DNA from: Trypanosoma brucei
Taxonomy: Eukaryota
Length of the DNA: 64,000 nucleotides
Assembly (NCBI GenBank): GCA_000002445.1
Contig: CP000069.1
Span: 960,001-1,024,000, forward strand
Direction: 5' to 3'
Of this stretch, positions 20,155 to 30,300 are shown piece by piece. The notes below the pieces were generated by a model. The model made no database searches and had not been told where the DNA came from. It saw only the letters and a program-made list of their open reading frames with translations. Within the stretch, counting starts at the first letter, position 1, and each line of letters starts with the position of its first letter. Position numbers and translations under genes: made by a program.

Positions 20155-21150
20155 TTGCATTTACTCCTCTCTTCTCCCTTATTTTTGAATGTTGCCACCT
20201 TTTCCCCTCCCCTCCTATTTTTGTTTGATGAACATGCACCCCTGAAGAGAGAAGGGATGGGGGGGAAAACAAATGTAAAGGTTCTTGGAAGACCGACGCA
20301 ACCGACAGGAACCTTTTTTCTCCGAAGCATGGATCGTGACCCTGACAGCCGACCCTTTCTGCGGTGCGAAATGAGGCGAAGAAGTGACCGCAGTCTTCCC
20401 AATACCACTTTGTCGCTTCACTACGATGAACCTAGCCGCAGTCAGTCGAGGCAGTTAGGTGAACGCCGCCGCTTTTTCAAGCAACCCACCGAAAGTCCCT
20501 TTTCACCCGCGAGAGCCCAGCCGGAGCGCCGTCTCCTGCGCCGCGGGTCCCCCAAGTGCTACGCGTCCAGTTTGGATAGTGCTCTCTGCGTTTCACGGGA
20601 CTCGTCGCCATTCCGCTCTTCGATAAGACGTTGCCGGAAACCGCCTTTTAATGACCGGTCAGCAAGCGAACCGCGGCCCTCACGTGTTCCTCTTTCGGGT
20701 GGTCGTGGGCAACTCAACTTGGGAGATCTCGTGCCAATGCCAAAACCGCCAAAACAACGGCTTATACCACCACCCATGGAAAAGAAACCATTACGTACCG
20801 CACGGCGCCGCACACCTCTTCCGTTGTCGCAGACAACACCGGAGAGACGCAGGGGTGTGAAAATGTTTGATGCTAATGAGTACCAAAACGCGTTCGACGG
20901 GGGTCAAACCGCCTCGCTTCTGTTTAACCGTACTCCTAGTGATGTTCCAACCGCTCATCAGAGAACTCCAAGTAACATAAGTGCTCGCAGTAGTGCCTCA
21001 GTTAGATCGGACACTTCTGAAGCCGGTGTGGCAGGGCAGGCGAGGGGTCGAGACTCGCCATCCACTGCGAGGAATTCGGTCACACGGAGGGCGCGAAGCA
21101 TGACACCAACACGGCGTAATTATGATATTATTACGGGATTGCCACTATAA
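20155..21150 (+). CDS. Hypothetical basic Ser/Arg/Pro-rich low-complexity protein. The true start is probably an internal Met (MGGKTNVKVL or MDRDPDS).
   Basis: 331-aa ORF on the array strand. It is strongly biased toward R/S/P/T and has no recognisable domain. Confidence 0.4.
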   Translation: MHLLLSSPLFLNVATFSPPLLFLFDEHAPLKREGMGGKTNVKVLGRPTQPTGTFFLRSMDRDPDSRPFLRCEMRRRSDRSLPNTTLSLHYDEPSRSQSRQLGERRRFFKQPTESPFSPARAQPERRLLRRGSPKCYASSLDSALCVSRDSSPFRSSIRRCRKPPFNDRSASEPRPSRVPLSGGRGQLNLGDLVPMPKPPKQRLIPPPMEKKPLRTARRRTPLPLSQTTPERRRGVKMFDANEYQNAFDGGQTASLLFNRTPSDVPTAHQRTPSNISARSSASVRSDTSEAGVAGQARGRDSPSTARNSVTRRARSMTPTRRNYDIITGLPL

Positions 21151-21442
21151 CCTAATCGCTGTGCATGCCCTTACTCTAAGAGCAGTAGGTACTATAGAAA
21201 ACTTTTTTTTTCAGTTTCCTGTAGAACTTGATATAGATGGTAGATAGGCGTGCGAAGTACTTACTTTGTTTTATATCTTCCTCCTCCCTTTTATCCCTTG
21301 GACGTTTTTGTTATATTTATTGCGCACATACACGATACCACTTGGTTCCCCATCCCACACCCCCCGTGCTATTAAAATGCCTTCCCACAACAACTACCAC
21401 TTCATGCCATCCTCAATGAGACTACAATAGTGAAGCAAAGGA

Positions 21443-22090
21443 GTGACGGGGGGAAAAAAGATAATGGTTTACTACTTCACTCTTGCAGCCGATCCGTCGG
21501 TCATATGCTACATGGGTCGTGACAAATACGAAAACGAGAAATTAATTAAATACGGATGGCCGGAAGATATTTGGTTTCACGTTGATAACCATAGCAGTGC
21601 TCACGTTTATGTGCGTATGCCAAAGGGTAAAGGTTTAGATGATTTAACCCCTGCGATCATTGAAGAATGCTCTCAGCTCACCAAGGCGAACAGCATTGAG
21701 GGTTGTAAGCTTAACAACGTACGAGTTGTGTACACGCCCTGGAGTAACTTACACAAAACAGATGGCATGGAAGTGGGGCAGGTGGGGTTTCACAAAGAAT
21801 CTCTCCGCCGGTACCATACCGTTGAAAAAAAAAACAATGCTATGTTGAACAAACTGGAAAAAACAAAAGTCACGAAAGACGACGTTGATTTCCAAACTTT
21901 AAAAGACGAACGGGATGCGGAGGAGAGACGAGAGAAGCGACAGGCTTTAGCAGCCCAACAACAGCGCGAAAAAAAAGAAGCTGCGGCTCGGAAGAAGGCC
22001 GAAGAACTACGCTCGTACGCGTCGCTTATGGTTGAGTCGAAGATGCGAACAAATCAGGAACATATTCCAGATGAAGATGACTTCATGTGA
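21443..22090 (+). CDS. CCDC25 / NFACT-R (DUF814) family protein
   Basis: 215-aa ORF. [40 protein letters not shown]...[36 protein letters not shown] is nearly collinear with human CCDC25 ([37 protein letters not shown]...[36 protein letters not shown]). Confidence 0.85.
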   Translation: [215 protein letters not shown]

Positions 22091-22413
22091 ACTCTGGAGA
22101 TCTTTCCACGAAGTAGCAACTTCTTTCCCCCCTCCCCCTTCTAGTTGGTGTATCACTTCGCCAGTATACATCTCAAGGGTGTCACGTTTAAGTGCTGCTG
22201 ACGTTTCCTTGGAAAAGAGGAAGGAAAGCGAAATTGTTTCGAGTTGCTGTGTGATCGAGGAAATCGATGGTTGCCTGAAAATTTCTAAAACCTCCCCTCT
22301 CAATTCTTTCTCTCCCTCACATTTCTTCACCGGAGGCTGGCACACACAAAAAAAAAAAGTACAGAAGAGAGGGTTGATCTATAAGTTGTTGCTGCGAAAG
22401 AGTTGTAGCACAA

Positions 22414-24009
22414 ATGCTCTTGGGATGCCGTCGGTTTGTCACACACGCCGTCGGACAATCTTTCCCCCACGTAACTTCTCCATTACGTGGTAAGCGGTTG
22501 CTGCGCTTGCGCCATGGCTGCCCTCGCGCTAAACCACTGCTCTCCGCCGAAGGGGATTTGCACACAACGCCGTTGGACCGTCCCCCGCCAACAGATATGC
22601 CACTCGCGTACTTGCAGGGGGAGATTTTGGATATGGAGAAGTATCGGACAGAAGAAGCTGTTTGGTCGAGAAACACAGTGCGGGAAGCATGGAATGCAAT
22701 TAACCACACACTGCACGATACGACCCCCGGCGTTGATGCAACGAAGAAGAAGGAGATAATTGAAAAAGACCTTGTAGGCTTGGCTCTCTGCACGTCATAT
22801 GCGGAAGTGAAGCACCTTCTTTCTCTGTTGACGCCCTCGCTTCGTTCACATATTGTTTCTCAGCCCTCCTATAAACAAACCGAGGTGGAGGAGTTTTTTC
22901 TCCATCTTGGACAAGACATCGAAGTGAGAGGTGCGGATTGGGTGATTCAGGTTCCGCCCCCGTCGGTGACCGATTTGCGTTATACCCTTGAGCGGGTGGG
23001 CCGATTTGGCGATGACGGCCGTGGGTGTATTGGACACACGCCGCATCGAGTAGCCGTGTGGCGCGGGCGGTTGGGGGAACCGTTAGGACTCACTATTCGT
23101 GTGGGACGTTATGTGCCGAATGTTGCCAGGGCATTGGTTCCTCTTGCGCGACGAGGTAGTGTTTTGATACTCTCCAAGGCGGGTATGGGAAAGACCACAA
23201 TCCTGAGAGACCTCGCTGCTTCCCTCTCTCGTGATCCGGCGAAACCCCGCGTTATGGTCGTTGATACCTCGAACGAAATTGGAGGTGATAGCCCGATGCC
23301 GCTGCCTTTTCTAGGGCGTTGTCGCCGTATCCAGGTCCCGCGTCGCGAGGAGCAACAAGAAGTAATGAAACAAATTCTTCAAAACCACTCACCGGAGTAC
23401 GTAATTGTTGATGAGGTTTCCACTACCGCCGAAGCAGAAGTAACGTGGTCCATTTCCCAACGGGGAGTTCATCTCGTTGCCACATGCCATGGCGAAAGTT
23501 TAGCGGGGTTATTGCAAAACCAGTCACTGAACTTGTTGGTGGGAGGCACCGCGCATGCATTTCTTAGTAACGAGGAGCGGCGGTTACGGAACAAGATCAA
23601 GAAAACTATCCTCGAGAGGCCGCATTCATCACCGTTTAAGTTTGTTGTGGAACTCCATTCACGGAAATTCGCTCATCTTTATGTGGATGTAAACCAGGCT
23701 GTTGATTGTCTTTTGGACCAGGGGGATGCGAGACGAAGTGCACGGATTGGGAAAACAATTGCCATTGATGAGCCACTGCCAGATGAGGTGATGGGTTTAG
23801 TTATGTCTCAAGAAAAGGAAGGTTCATATGCAAGAGAGCCGTCACACGAATCGTGGAGTGAGTGCAACGATGATGACAGTTGCGCCCTCGCCGGGCGGGA
23901 GGGGTGGCGGCCAAACAACCGGCCCGAGAGGCAGCGAGGGACTCGGTCGCATGGATGTCGAAAAAGATCAAATGACGACTTGTTGGACGAACTGAATAAC
24001 TTTAATTAA
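22414..24009 (+). CDS. SpoIIIAA / ycf45-like P-loop ATPase with a long N-terminal extension
   Basis: 531-aa ORF. The Walker A region GMGKTTILRDLAASLS, then VMVVDTSNEIGG, then Walker B-like YVIVDEVST and VHLVATCHGESLAGLL, follow the order and spacing of bacterial SpoIIIAA (GKTTLLRDLARQLS, VDERSEIAG, VLIVDEIG, VITTAHG). Confidence 0.55.
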   Translation: MLLGCRRFVTHAVGQSFPHVTSPLRGKRLLRLRHGCPRAKPLLSAEGDLHTTPLDRPPPTDMPLAYLQGEILDMEKYRTEEAVWSRNTVREAWNAINHTLHDTTPGVDATKKKEIIEKDLVGLALCTSYAEVKHLLSLLTPSLRSHIVSQPSYKQTEVEEFFLHLGQDIEVRGADWVIQVPPPSVTDLRYTLERVGRFGDDGRGCIGHTPHRVAVWRGRLGEPLGLTIRVGRYVPNVARALVPLARRGSVLILSKAGMGKTTILRDLAASLSRDPAKPRVMVVDTSNEIGGDSPMPLPFLGRCRRIQVPRREEQQEVMKQILQNHSPEYVIVDEVSTTAEAEVTWSISQRGVHLVATCHGESLAGLLQNQSLNLLVGGTAHAFLSNEERRLRNKIKKTILERPHSSPFKFVVELHSRKFAHLYVDVNQAVDCLLDQGDARRSARIGKTIAIDEPLPDEVMGLVMSQEKEGSYAREPSHESWSECNDDDSCALAGREGWRPNNRPERQRGTRSHGCRKRSNDDLLDELNNFN

Positions 24010-24344
24010 GGCACCAATTTTTATCCAACGATAAGCTACAGAACAAAAAAAAAGTACATACTAAGGGTTTTCTTTCAAAAACAGAAACATACCGACTTGC
24101 CCCAGCACATACTGGACGGAAACGCCGGATTCGAGGAATATCAGAACATCTCGCACGTAGCAAAGGCTCCTGTCATCACGTTTTGATACTTTTTTCTTCT
24201 TCTTCTTGAATAGTCCCTAGATTTCTTCCAACGTCAGCACTTTTGTTTAAACTTTCTCTTTCTGATTTCTTTTTTAATTGTCTGTAAATATGTATTTGCG
24301 GTCCTGCTCAGCCATAGTTAATTACGCCCACTAGCAAAGGGCAG

Positions 24345-24836
24345 ATGATATCATTGCGGGGAAACATAGGTTTGCTTACCCGGCGGCGCCACGCCGTTAT
24401 CACTCTCCACTCTGCATTAGAGTTGTGTGGTGTCACACGTTACAAGAGTTCATTACCCAACAGCGCATTAACTGCTCGAACAGCGGAGGCCCTCTATTCC
24501 ATGGAACATTACCATAAGCAATGCCTCAATGAGGATGAGCGTCGGCAAGTCGAAGTGCAAGCTTGGGAAGAACTAATGAACCTTCCTGATGCTGCAGTGG
24601 AGGATGCGTCCTCAAGCGTTGTCGCCGACATTCTCGGTTCCTGGTGCTATTTTTCGAAATTTTGGGACCGAGGAATACAAGGCCCCAACCCATCAGACAG
24701 TCCTGAAGAAAACAACGTCAAAAAGGTCAATGTTCCTCTAATCGCAAGGGAATTCCACCGACCCCATTCCCCATCAACAGTTGACACGGCACCACCACCC
24801 CGCGCGAATCCACTAGATGAAGTGCTGGACTTTTGA
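24345..24836 (+). CDS. Hypothetical small protein (163 aa), the last ORF of the plus-strand array
   Basis: ORF only. No motifs recognised. The start codon is uncertain. Confidence 0.3.
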   Translation: MISLRGNIGLLTRRRHAVITLHSALELCGVTRYKSSLPNSALTARTAEALYSMEHYHKQCLNEDERRQVEVQAWEELMNLPDAAVEDASSSVVADILGSWCYFSKFWDRGIQGPNPSDSPEENNVKKVNVPLIAREFHRPHSPSTVDTAPPPRANPLDEVLDF

Positions 24837-25923
24837 ATAAGAATTTTTTAAAAATGTAACACCGCATACTTTTACATATTTTCTCCCGACATTTTTTAAT
24901 TTACCGACAATTCCGTACATCACCCCTCAATTCACCACAACATTTCCCCGAAACCTCGTCAAGGAAAAAAAAGAAAATATGGTTTTCTTCACGAACGCGC
25001 AATCGGCAACAAAGCAAAACAAACTGAAAACAACGTAGATCTTCAAAAAAGCAAGGAGAATCCCAAGGAACAAGAAAATACAAATACATACTATCACCTT
25101 CACCACCAACATAAAAGAAGAAGCATTTTACAAAACTATGAAAAAGCTGAGGGGTCGACACCCCCTTCGGAGTGTAATTTTTGAAGAGAATTACCGAATA
25201 GAAACGGGAGTTTCGTATACCGCTCTGGATGAAAGCTTTCCTGTTGTTCATGGCTTTTTTTTTCGTATCGAAGGGGGGAAGGTACACTTTTGTCGGCGTG
25301 CAAGTGAGTTTAGCACGTAGTCGCCACACAAATACTGAGGCATTTAGTGGGCTGGTAAATGAACTCAAATCATTTTCCAACTGGAGGGAAATATCAGAGA
25401 AACTTACGTGGGAGATTATATGTGTACATCAAGAGGACTGGAAAAGCGTTGCGGATGTTCAGAATTGCGAGGCAACGGGTGAAGCGAGAATGAAGAGAAT
25501 TCGTACTCAGTCTGGCAGTACAAATTGTCCGCGTGAGGATCGAAGAGGAGTTAATAAAGCTAATGCTCTTTGGAAAATGTTTTTTTTTTTCAGTACCGTC
25601 TTCGGGTGGGAAAGAATGCGATTCCCACTTTGTTTTCTTCCGCTGTGACGGACTCCAGTGTGAGTACCTTACAGACACTTCTTCCCTGATAATGTCTTCA
25701 TATCAACATCATTTATTTTGATTACTCTAATGAGATGAATACTTATGTTATGTTGATTTGAATATAACCGATGTGTCTCCCTTTTTATATTCATAAATAA
25801 TTAGATGCGAAATACCATACTTATTTAACCTGTTTGCAAAATAATGTGTTGATTGACATATACGTTATGTTCACCTACATTTTTTTGCATATAGTCTCAC
25901 CATGCTTGTACACTTGCCCAATT

Positions 25924-25934
25924 GGGGGGGGGGG
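25924..25934. repeat. G11 homopolymer
   Basis: attggggggggggggctaaaa, read directly. Confidence 0.9.
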
Positions 25935-26059
25935 CTAAAAACAAAGCATGTTACATGAGTACGCAAATACATTTTTAACAATTTATTCGTTTTTATTTGG
26001 CTTCTTATGAAGTGAGGACAAACTTCACATTGTTGAGTAGCTAAGTTCTTTTCGCAGCC

Positions 26060-26125
26060 TCATGATAATAATAATAATTATTAATATTGTATGCCTTACA
26101 TTGTCACGTAAGAGGAGGAGGAGTG
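26060..26125 (+). repeat. Single degenerate element resembling a VSG-associated 70-bp repeat
   Basis: tgataataataataattattaatattgtatg....gaggaggaggagtg: a (TAA)n tract followed by a GT-rich tract and a GAG-rich tract. This resembles the tripartite 70-bp repeat found upstream of T. brucei VSGs. Only one imperfect unit is present. Confidence 0.3.
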
Positions 26126-26999
26126 AAACAAATGCTATTTGTTTAAGTTAGGTTTTTTCTATCTTCTCTTTTCATTGTTCACATAAACATTGCATGTTAG
26201 TGTTTTCGACAAAGCAGTGCATTCAACAATATTAGCATTTTTCAGTAATAATAAAACATAAATATATCTATGTGTTCCTCTCTATTTATATTTTTAATGT
26301 GCATGCGCTTACGGTACGAAAGAAAACATCTATTGTATTAAATTTTTACCACTTATTACAACTTAATAGTTGGATTCCTGCATGGTGCACTCCAACTCTC
26401 CCTTCCTATCTGCTTATCTACAACACTTTTATTTCTCACATACCATCACATGATTCTAATAGGGATATGGTTATACTAGCTGATTCCGTGATAGCTTCCC
26501 CCCTTGGTTTTTTTTCCAAAAATGACGGGAAATGATACGAGAGATGTTGGGACCTCCAACGAAAATTCGTTTCTGTTACTTTGACAAGTACATGATACAG
26601 TGTTAGACTTAAATGCGGGGATGGAGTTCATTAAAGGACAGATGAAAATACAGAGAGATGAAATTGCGTCTATGGATATGAGACTTAGCAAACAAATGAA
26701 AATACGGGAGGAAAAAGGTGTGGATATAAGTAGGACGTTGAATTGGCTGACGTTACTGGTTGAAAATGAGCGTCCTGGTGCATATGAATCTGCGTACAAT
26801 GTAATACAGCGCGTAATCTCATATGACGATAATAAGGGATTGCTGGGGTTGCATGCTGAGGAAAGGGTTGCTAACCTTCGGGCAGATGAAAAATGCCATA
26901 CCAGGTTCGACCGAAATGGGCCGATATTGCATGTTATCACCTCTAAGAAGGGTTGGTCATGCACAGATTTTGGTGGAAGAGATGCATGCGACATGTTTG

Positions 27000-27150
27000 T
27001 GCGCAAGGAGACGGTACGTATGTGGCACAGAATCCGAGCACATTTGGATGATTGGTTACCGACTGGCTCCCAAGTGTCCCAACAGCCCCTCTTACTTGTT
27101 TGTTCTCGGGAGATCGGAAAATCCTGTGGTCGGGAGAATACAGCGATGTG
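27000..27150 (-). mobile_element. Degenerate ingi-related (DIRE-like) fragment on the minus strand. It is 5'-truncated inside the AP-endonuclease region and may extend further toward about 26.5 kb.
   Basis: The reverse complement of 27100-27150 reads cacatcgctgtattctcccgaccaca..., matching the internal ingi site catcgctgtattctcccgataccgaccaccatcaca at 27762 in copy 1. Downstream similarity (gagaacaaacaag against gagacgacacagac) decays quickly. Confidence 0.4.
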
Positions 27151-27376
27151 CCCTGACGATGCCAGCCACCTCAACGTGGTGTCAGAGTCCAGTACCCCGT
27201 CTCATCGGGGGAAGCCAAGAGCCAGCAGCGTTCCTTTCATGGGCAACACTGCTGTGCTCCGGCTACGGCATCATACAGCACAGGGATCAGCAGCGTCTTG
27301 CTGGGACACCGTTTTTCATTTGTCGGTCCATGGGCACGTGCCAGCGTGTCATCAGCAGTATATCATCCACACTAAG

Positions 27377-30300
27377 ATGCTGCTGTCCGGTGATGTGGAA
27401 GAGAATCCCGGCCCGTCGTTGCGCGGGATGCAGTGGAACTGCGCCGGGCTATCTCAAGGAAAGAGATTAGCATTAGCACGTCGGCATACATCCCACCAAA
27501 ACGCACATTCACGGCAAATGACTTAGATACGCTTCTGACGACCGACGGTGCCCAGCTCATCGGTGCAGACGCTAACGCACACGCGTTGGTATGGGATCGC
27601 GCGAGCCCACCAAATACCAAGGGTGAAACCCTCACACAGTGGTGCATTGACAACCAGCTTCTGGTCTGTAACACTGGTGAGTGCACCAGGTACGCCCGCC
27701 ACCACGTGAAGCCCACCCCTGATATGACGCTATCAAGGAATTTCACAGTGTCCAGGTGGACATCGCTGTATTCTCCCGATACCGACCACCATCACATATT
27801 TTTCGACGTTATTGTTGGAGACGACACAGACTCACTGAGCTGCCCGCGGCTTTGAAAACCCATGTACGCATAGCTAAAAGCTGACTGGAGGAATTTCCGT
27901 CTCAAGGTTGACGAGTTCTGCAGAAAAATTGGTAGAGAATAACGTCAACACCCTGAAACAGAAATTGAGCTCCGCCATCCGCATTGCGACGAAGGTCTCC
28001 GTTCCCCGTGGCTGCAGAGCAACGCCACCACATGGGACACCTGCGCTCGCGAAACTCGATGAAGAGATCGCTGGATACGGACCCTCTCACCGAAGGGAAA
28101 AGTTGGTAGCCACGCGTAAGCAGATCCTGGACCGCACCACAAAGAAGAGATGGAGCACGCTATGCTCCAGACTTGCGGTGTCAGACCGCTGCAGTTGGCA
28201 CATTGTCAAGAAAGTATACGCGCCACGACCACTAACCACACCGGCTGTACTTGTTGATAACGCGGCCATCACGGACTACCGTCAAGCTGAGAGGTTCAGT
28301 AAACTGTACTCATCCCGCGCAAGAAGGCACCCCGACTCACACCCACCGGCACCCATAAAGACGATAGCGAGTGAGTTTAGTCTCATCACGATAGCTGAAC
28401 TACGGAGATCGATCAAACTGCTACCGAGTGGATCCGCAGCCGGACCTGATTGCTTATACAACGAGGCATTACAACATCTCGGTAGAGCAGCGCTGAATGT
28501 TGTGCTGAGGCTATTCAATGAGAGCCTACGAATGGGAGCCGTGCCGTCTGCATGGAAGACCGGTGTTATCATCCCCATCCTGAAGGCCAGAAAAAAGGAA
28601 GAGTACCCCGAATCTTACAGGCCTGTGACGCTCACGAGCTGTCTCTGCAAAGTCATGGAGCGCATAATTGCCGCAAGGTTTAGAGACACTGTTGAGTCCC
28701 AGCTGACGCCGCAGCAATCAGGCTTTCGCCCCGGATGCTCACCGCTCGAACAACTCCTGCACGTCTGCGCTGCCCTCTGCCGTCCCACGCACCAATATCG
28801 TACAGGTGCTGTATTCGTTGACTACGAGAAGGCATTTGACACAGTAGACCACGACAAAATTGCGGGGGAAATGCACAGAATGAAGGTATCACCCCACATT
28901 GTGAAGTGGTGCGTATCATTTCTGAGTAACCGAACTGGTAGAGTGAGATTCAAGGAGAAACTTTCCAGAAGCAGAACATTTGAGCGAGGAGTGCCACAAG
29001 GAACTCTCCTTGGCCCAATCATGTTCATAATTGTCATGAACTCGTTGAGCCAACGCCTTGCAGAAGTGCCGTTGCTGCAGCACGGATTCTTTGCAGACGA
29101 CCTGACGCTACTTGCGAGGCACACAGAGGGATGTCATCAACCAGACGCTACAATGCGGCCTAAACGTGGTGTTACAGTGGTCAAAAGAGTACTTCATGTC
29201 TATCAATGTAGCGAAAACAAAGTTCACACTCTTCGGGTTCACAGAGCGCCACCCCCTTACATTACAACTGGAAGGCGAAAGAATAGGAGCTGACAGGACA
29301 CCGAAGCTTCTAGGAGTAACATTCCAGTGTCTGCAAGGGATGGCAACACATGCGGCCGAAACGAGACGCAAGATGGACTTCCGACTACTGCAGATAACAG
29401 TCATCTCAGCTTCTATATGGGGGCCAATACGACAAGTGCTGAGAGCTTTTTATCTAGCACTCGTACAGGCACGCACCATGTGTGGCATTGAGGTATGGTA
29501 CTGGGACGCTTCGGAACGAAGTCGCGACCTCCTTGCAGCAGCACAACACAAAGCCAGTCGAATCATAGCTGGCATACCGCATGGGACGCGCGAAGAGGAC
29601 TCTCTGCTGGAAGCAAACCTCCTGCCACTCAAGACGACCACTCTTGTGCGCAGCATGAAATTCATGCTGATGTGTGAGTCACGAGGCGGATGTTTGCGGC
29701 GCAGTGCTGAGGAAGTATACCACAGCAAACACCCAGTCAGAGCCCTACACTCCCGCATCATGCGGTCCTACCCCCACCTCCGCATTGAGCCACGCGAGCA
29801 CCCACTAGAGACATCGACGCTCCGCCACAGCTGCCGACCGATATTTCACACGCAGATAAAGCCTGTGTGCGCTGATGACCCTGACAATGTCAAAAGGGAG
29901 GCTTCCGAAAAGTGATTGCACGGCATTTTTCACGGAGGGGGAAGGAGCCACCGCGGCGAGTGCACTACGAATTGTGGACTGATGGATCCGTGCCCCTCGG
30001 TGAGAAGTCCGGATCAACTGCCCTGCTCTATAGAAACAACACGCTGATTTGTGCACCCGAGACCGGAGCAGGGGAACTTTCATGCAGTTACAGAGCGGAA
30101 TGCGTAGCATTAGAGATAGGACTGTAACGGCTGCTGAAATGGCTTCTGGCATACAGAAGCACACCGAGCAGGTTGTCCATCTTCTCTGACTCGCTGTCAA
30201 TGTTAACAGCACTGCAGACGGGCCCCCTATCCGTAACGGACCCAATTCTGAGACGACTATGGAGGCTTCTGCTTCAAGTTGAGAGAAGGAAGGTGCGTAT

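Noticed and set aside
26476-27174. 232-aa minus-strand ORF and the overlapping 308-aa plus ORF 26600-27526, as candidate host genes
   Set aside because: Both overlap ingi-derived sequence: the 2A/APE N-terminus of copy 1 and an inverted degenerate ingi fragment. They are better explained as retroelement reading frames and alternative frames of those than as cellular genes.
28282-29404. Several 60-100 aa antisense or alternative-frame ORFs inside each ingi copy. Examples are 28282-28578 minus, 28822-29124 minus, 38317-38901 minus and 43905-44489 plus.
   Set aside because: They recur identically in every copy only because the element is repeated. They are antisense to the RT/RNase H ORF and have no independent support.
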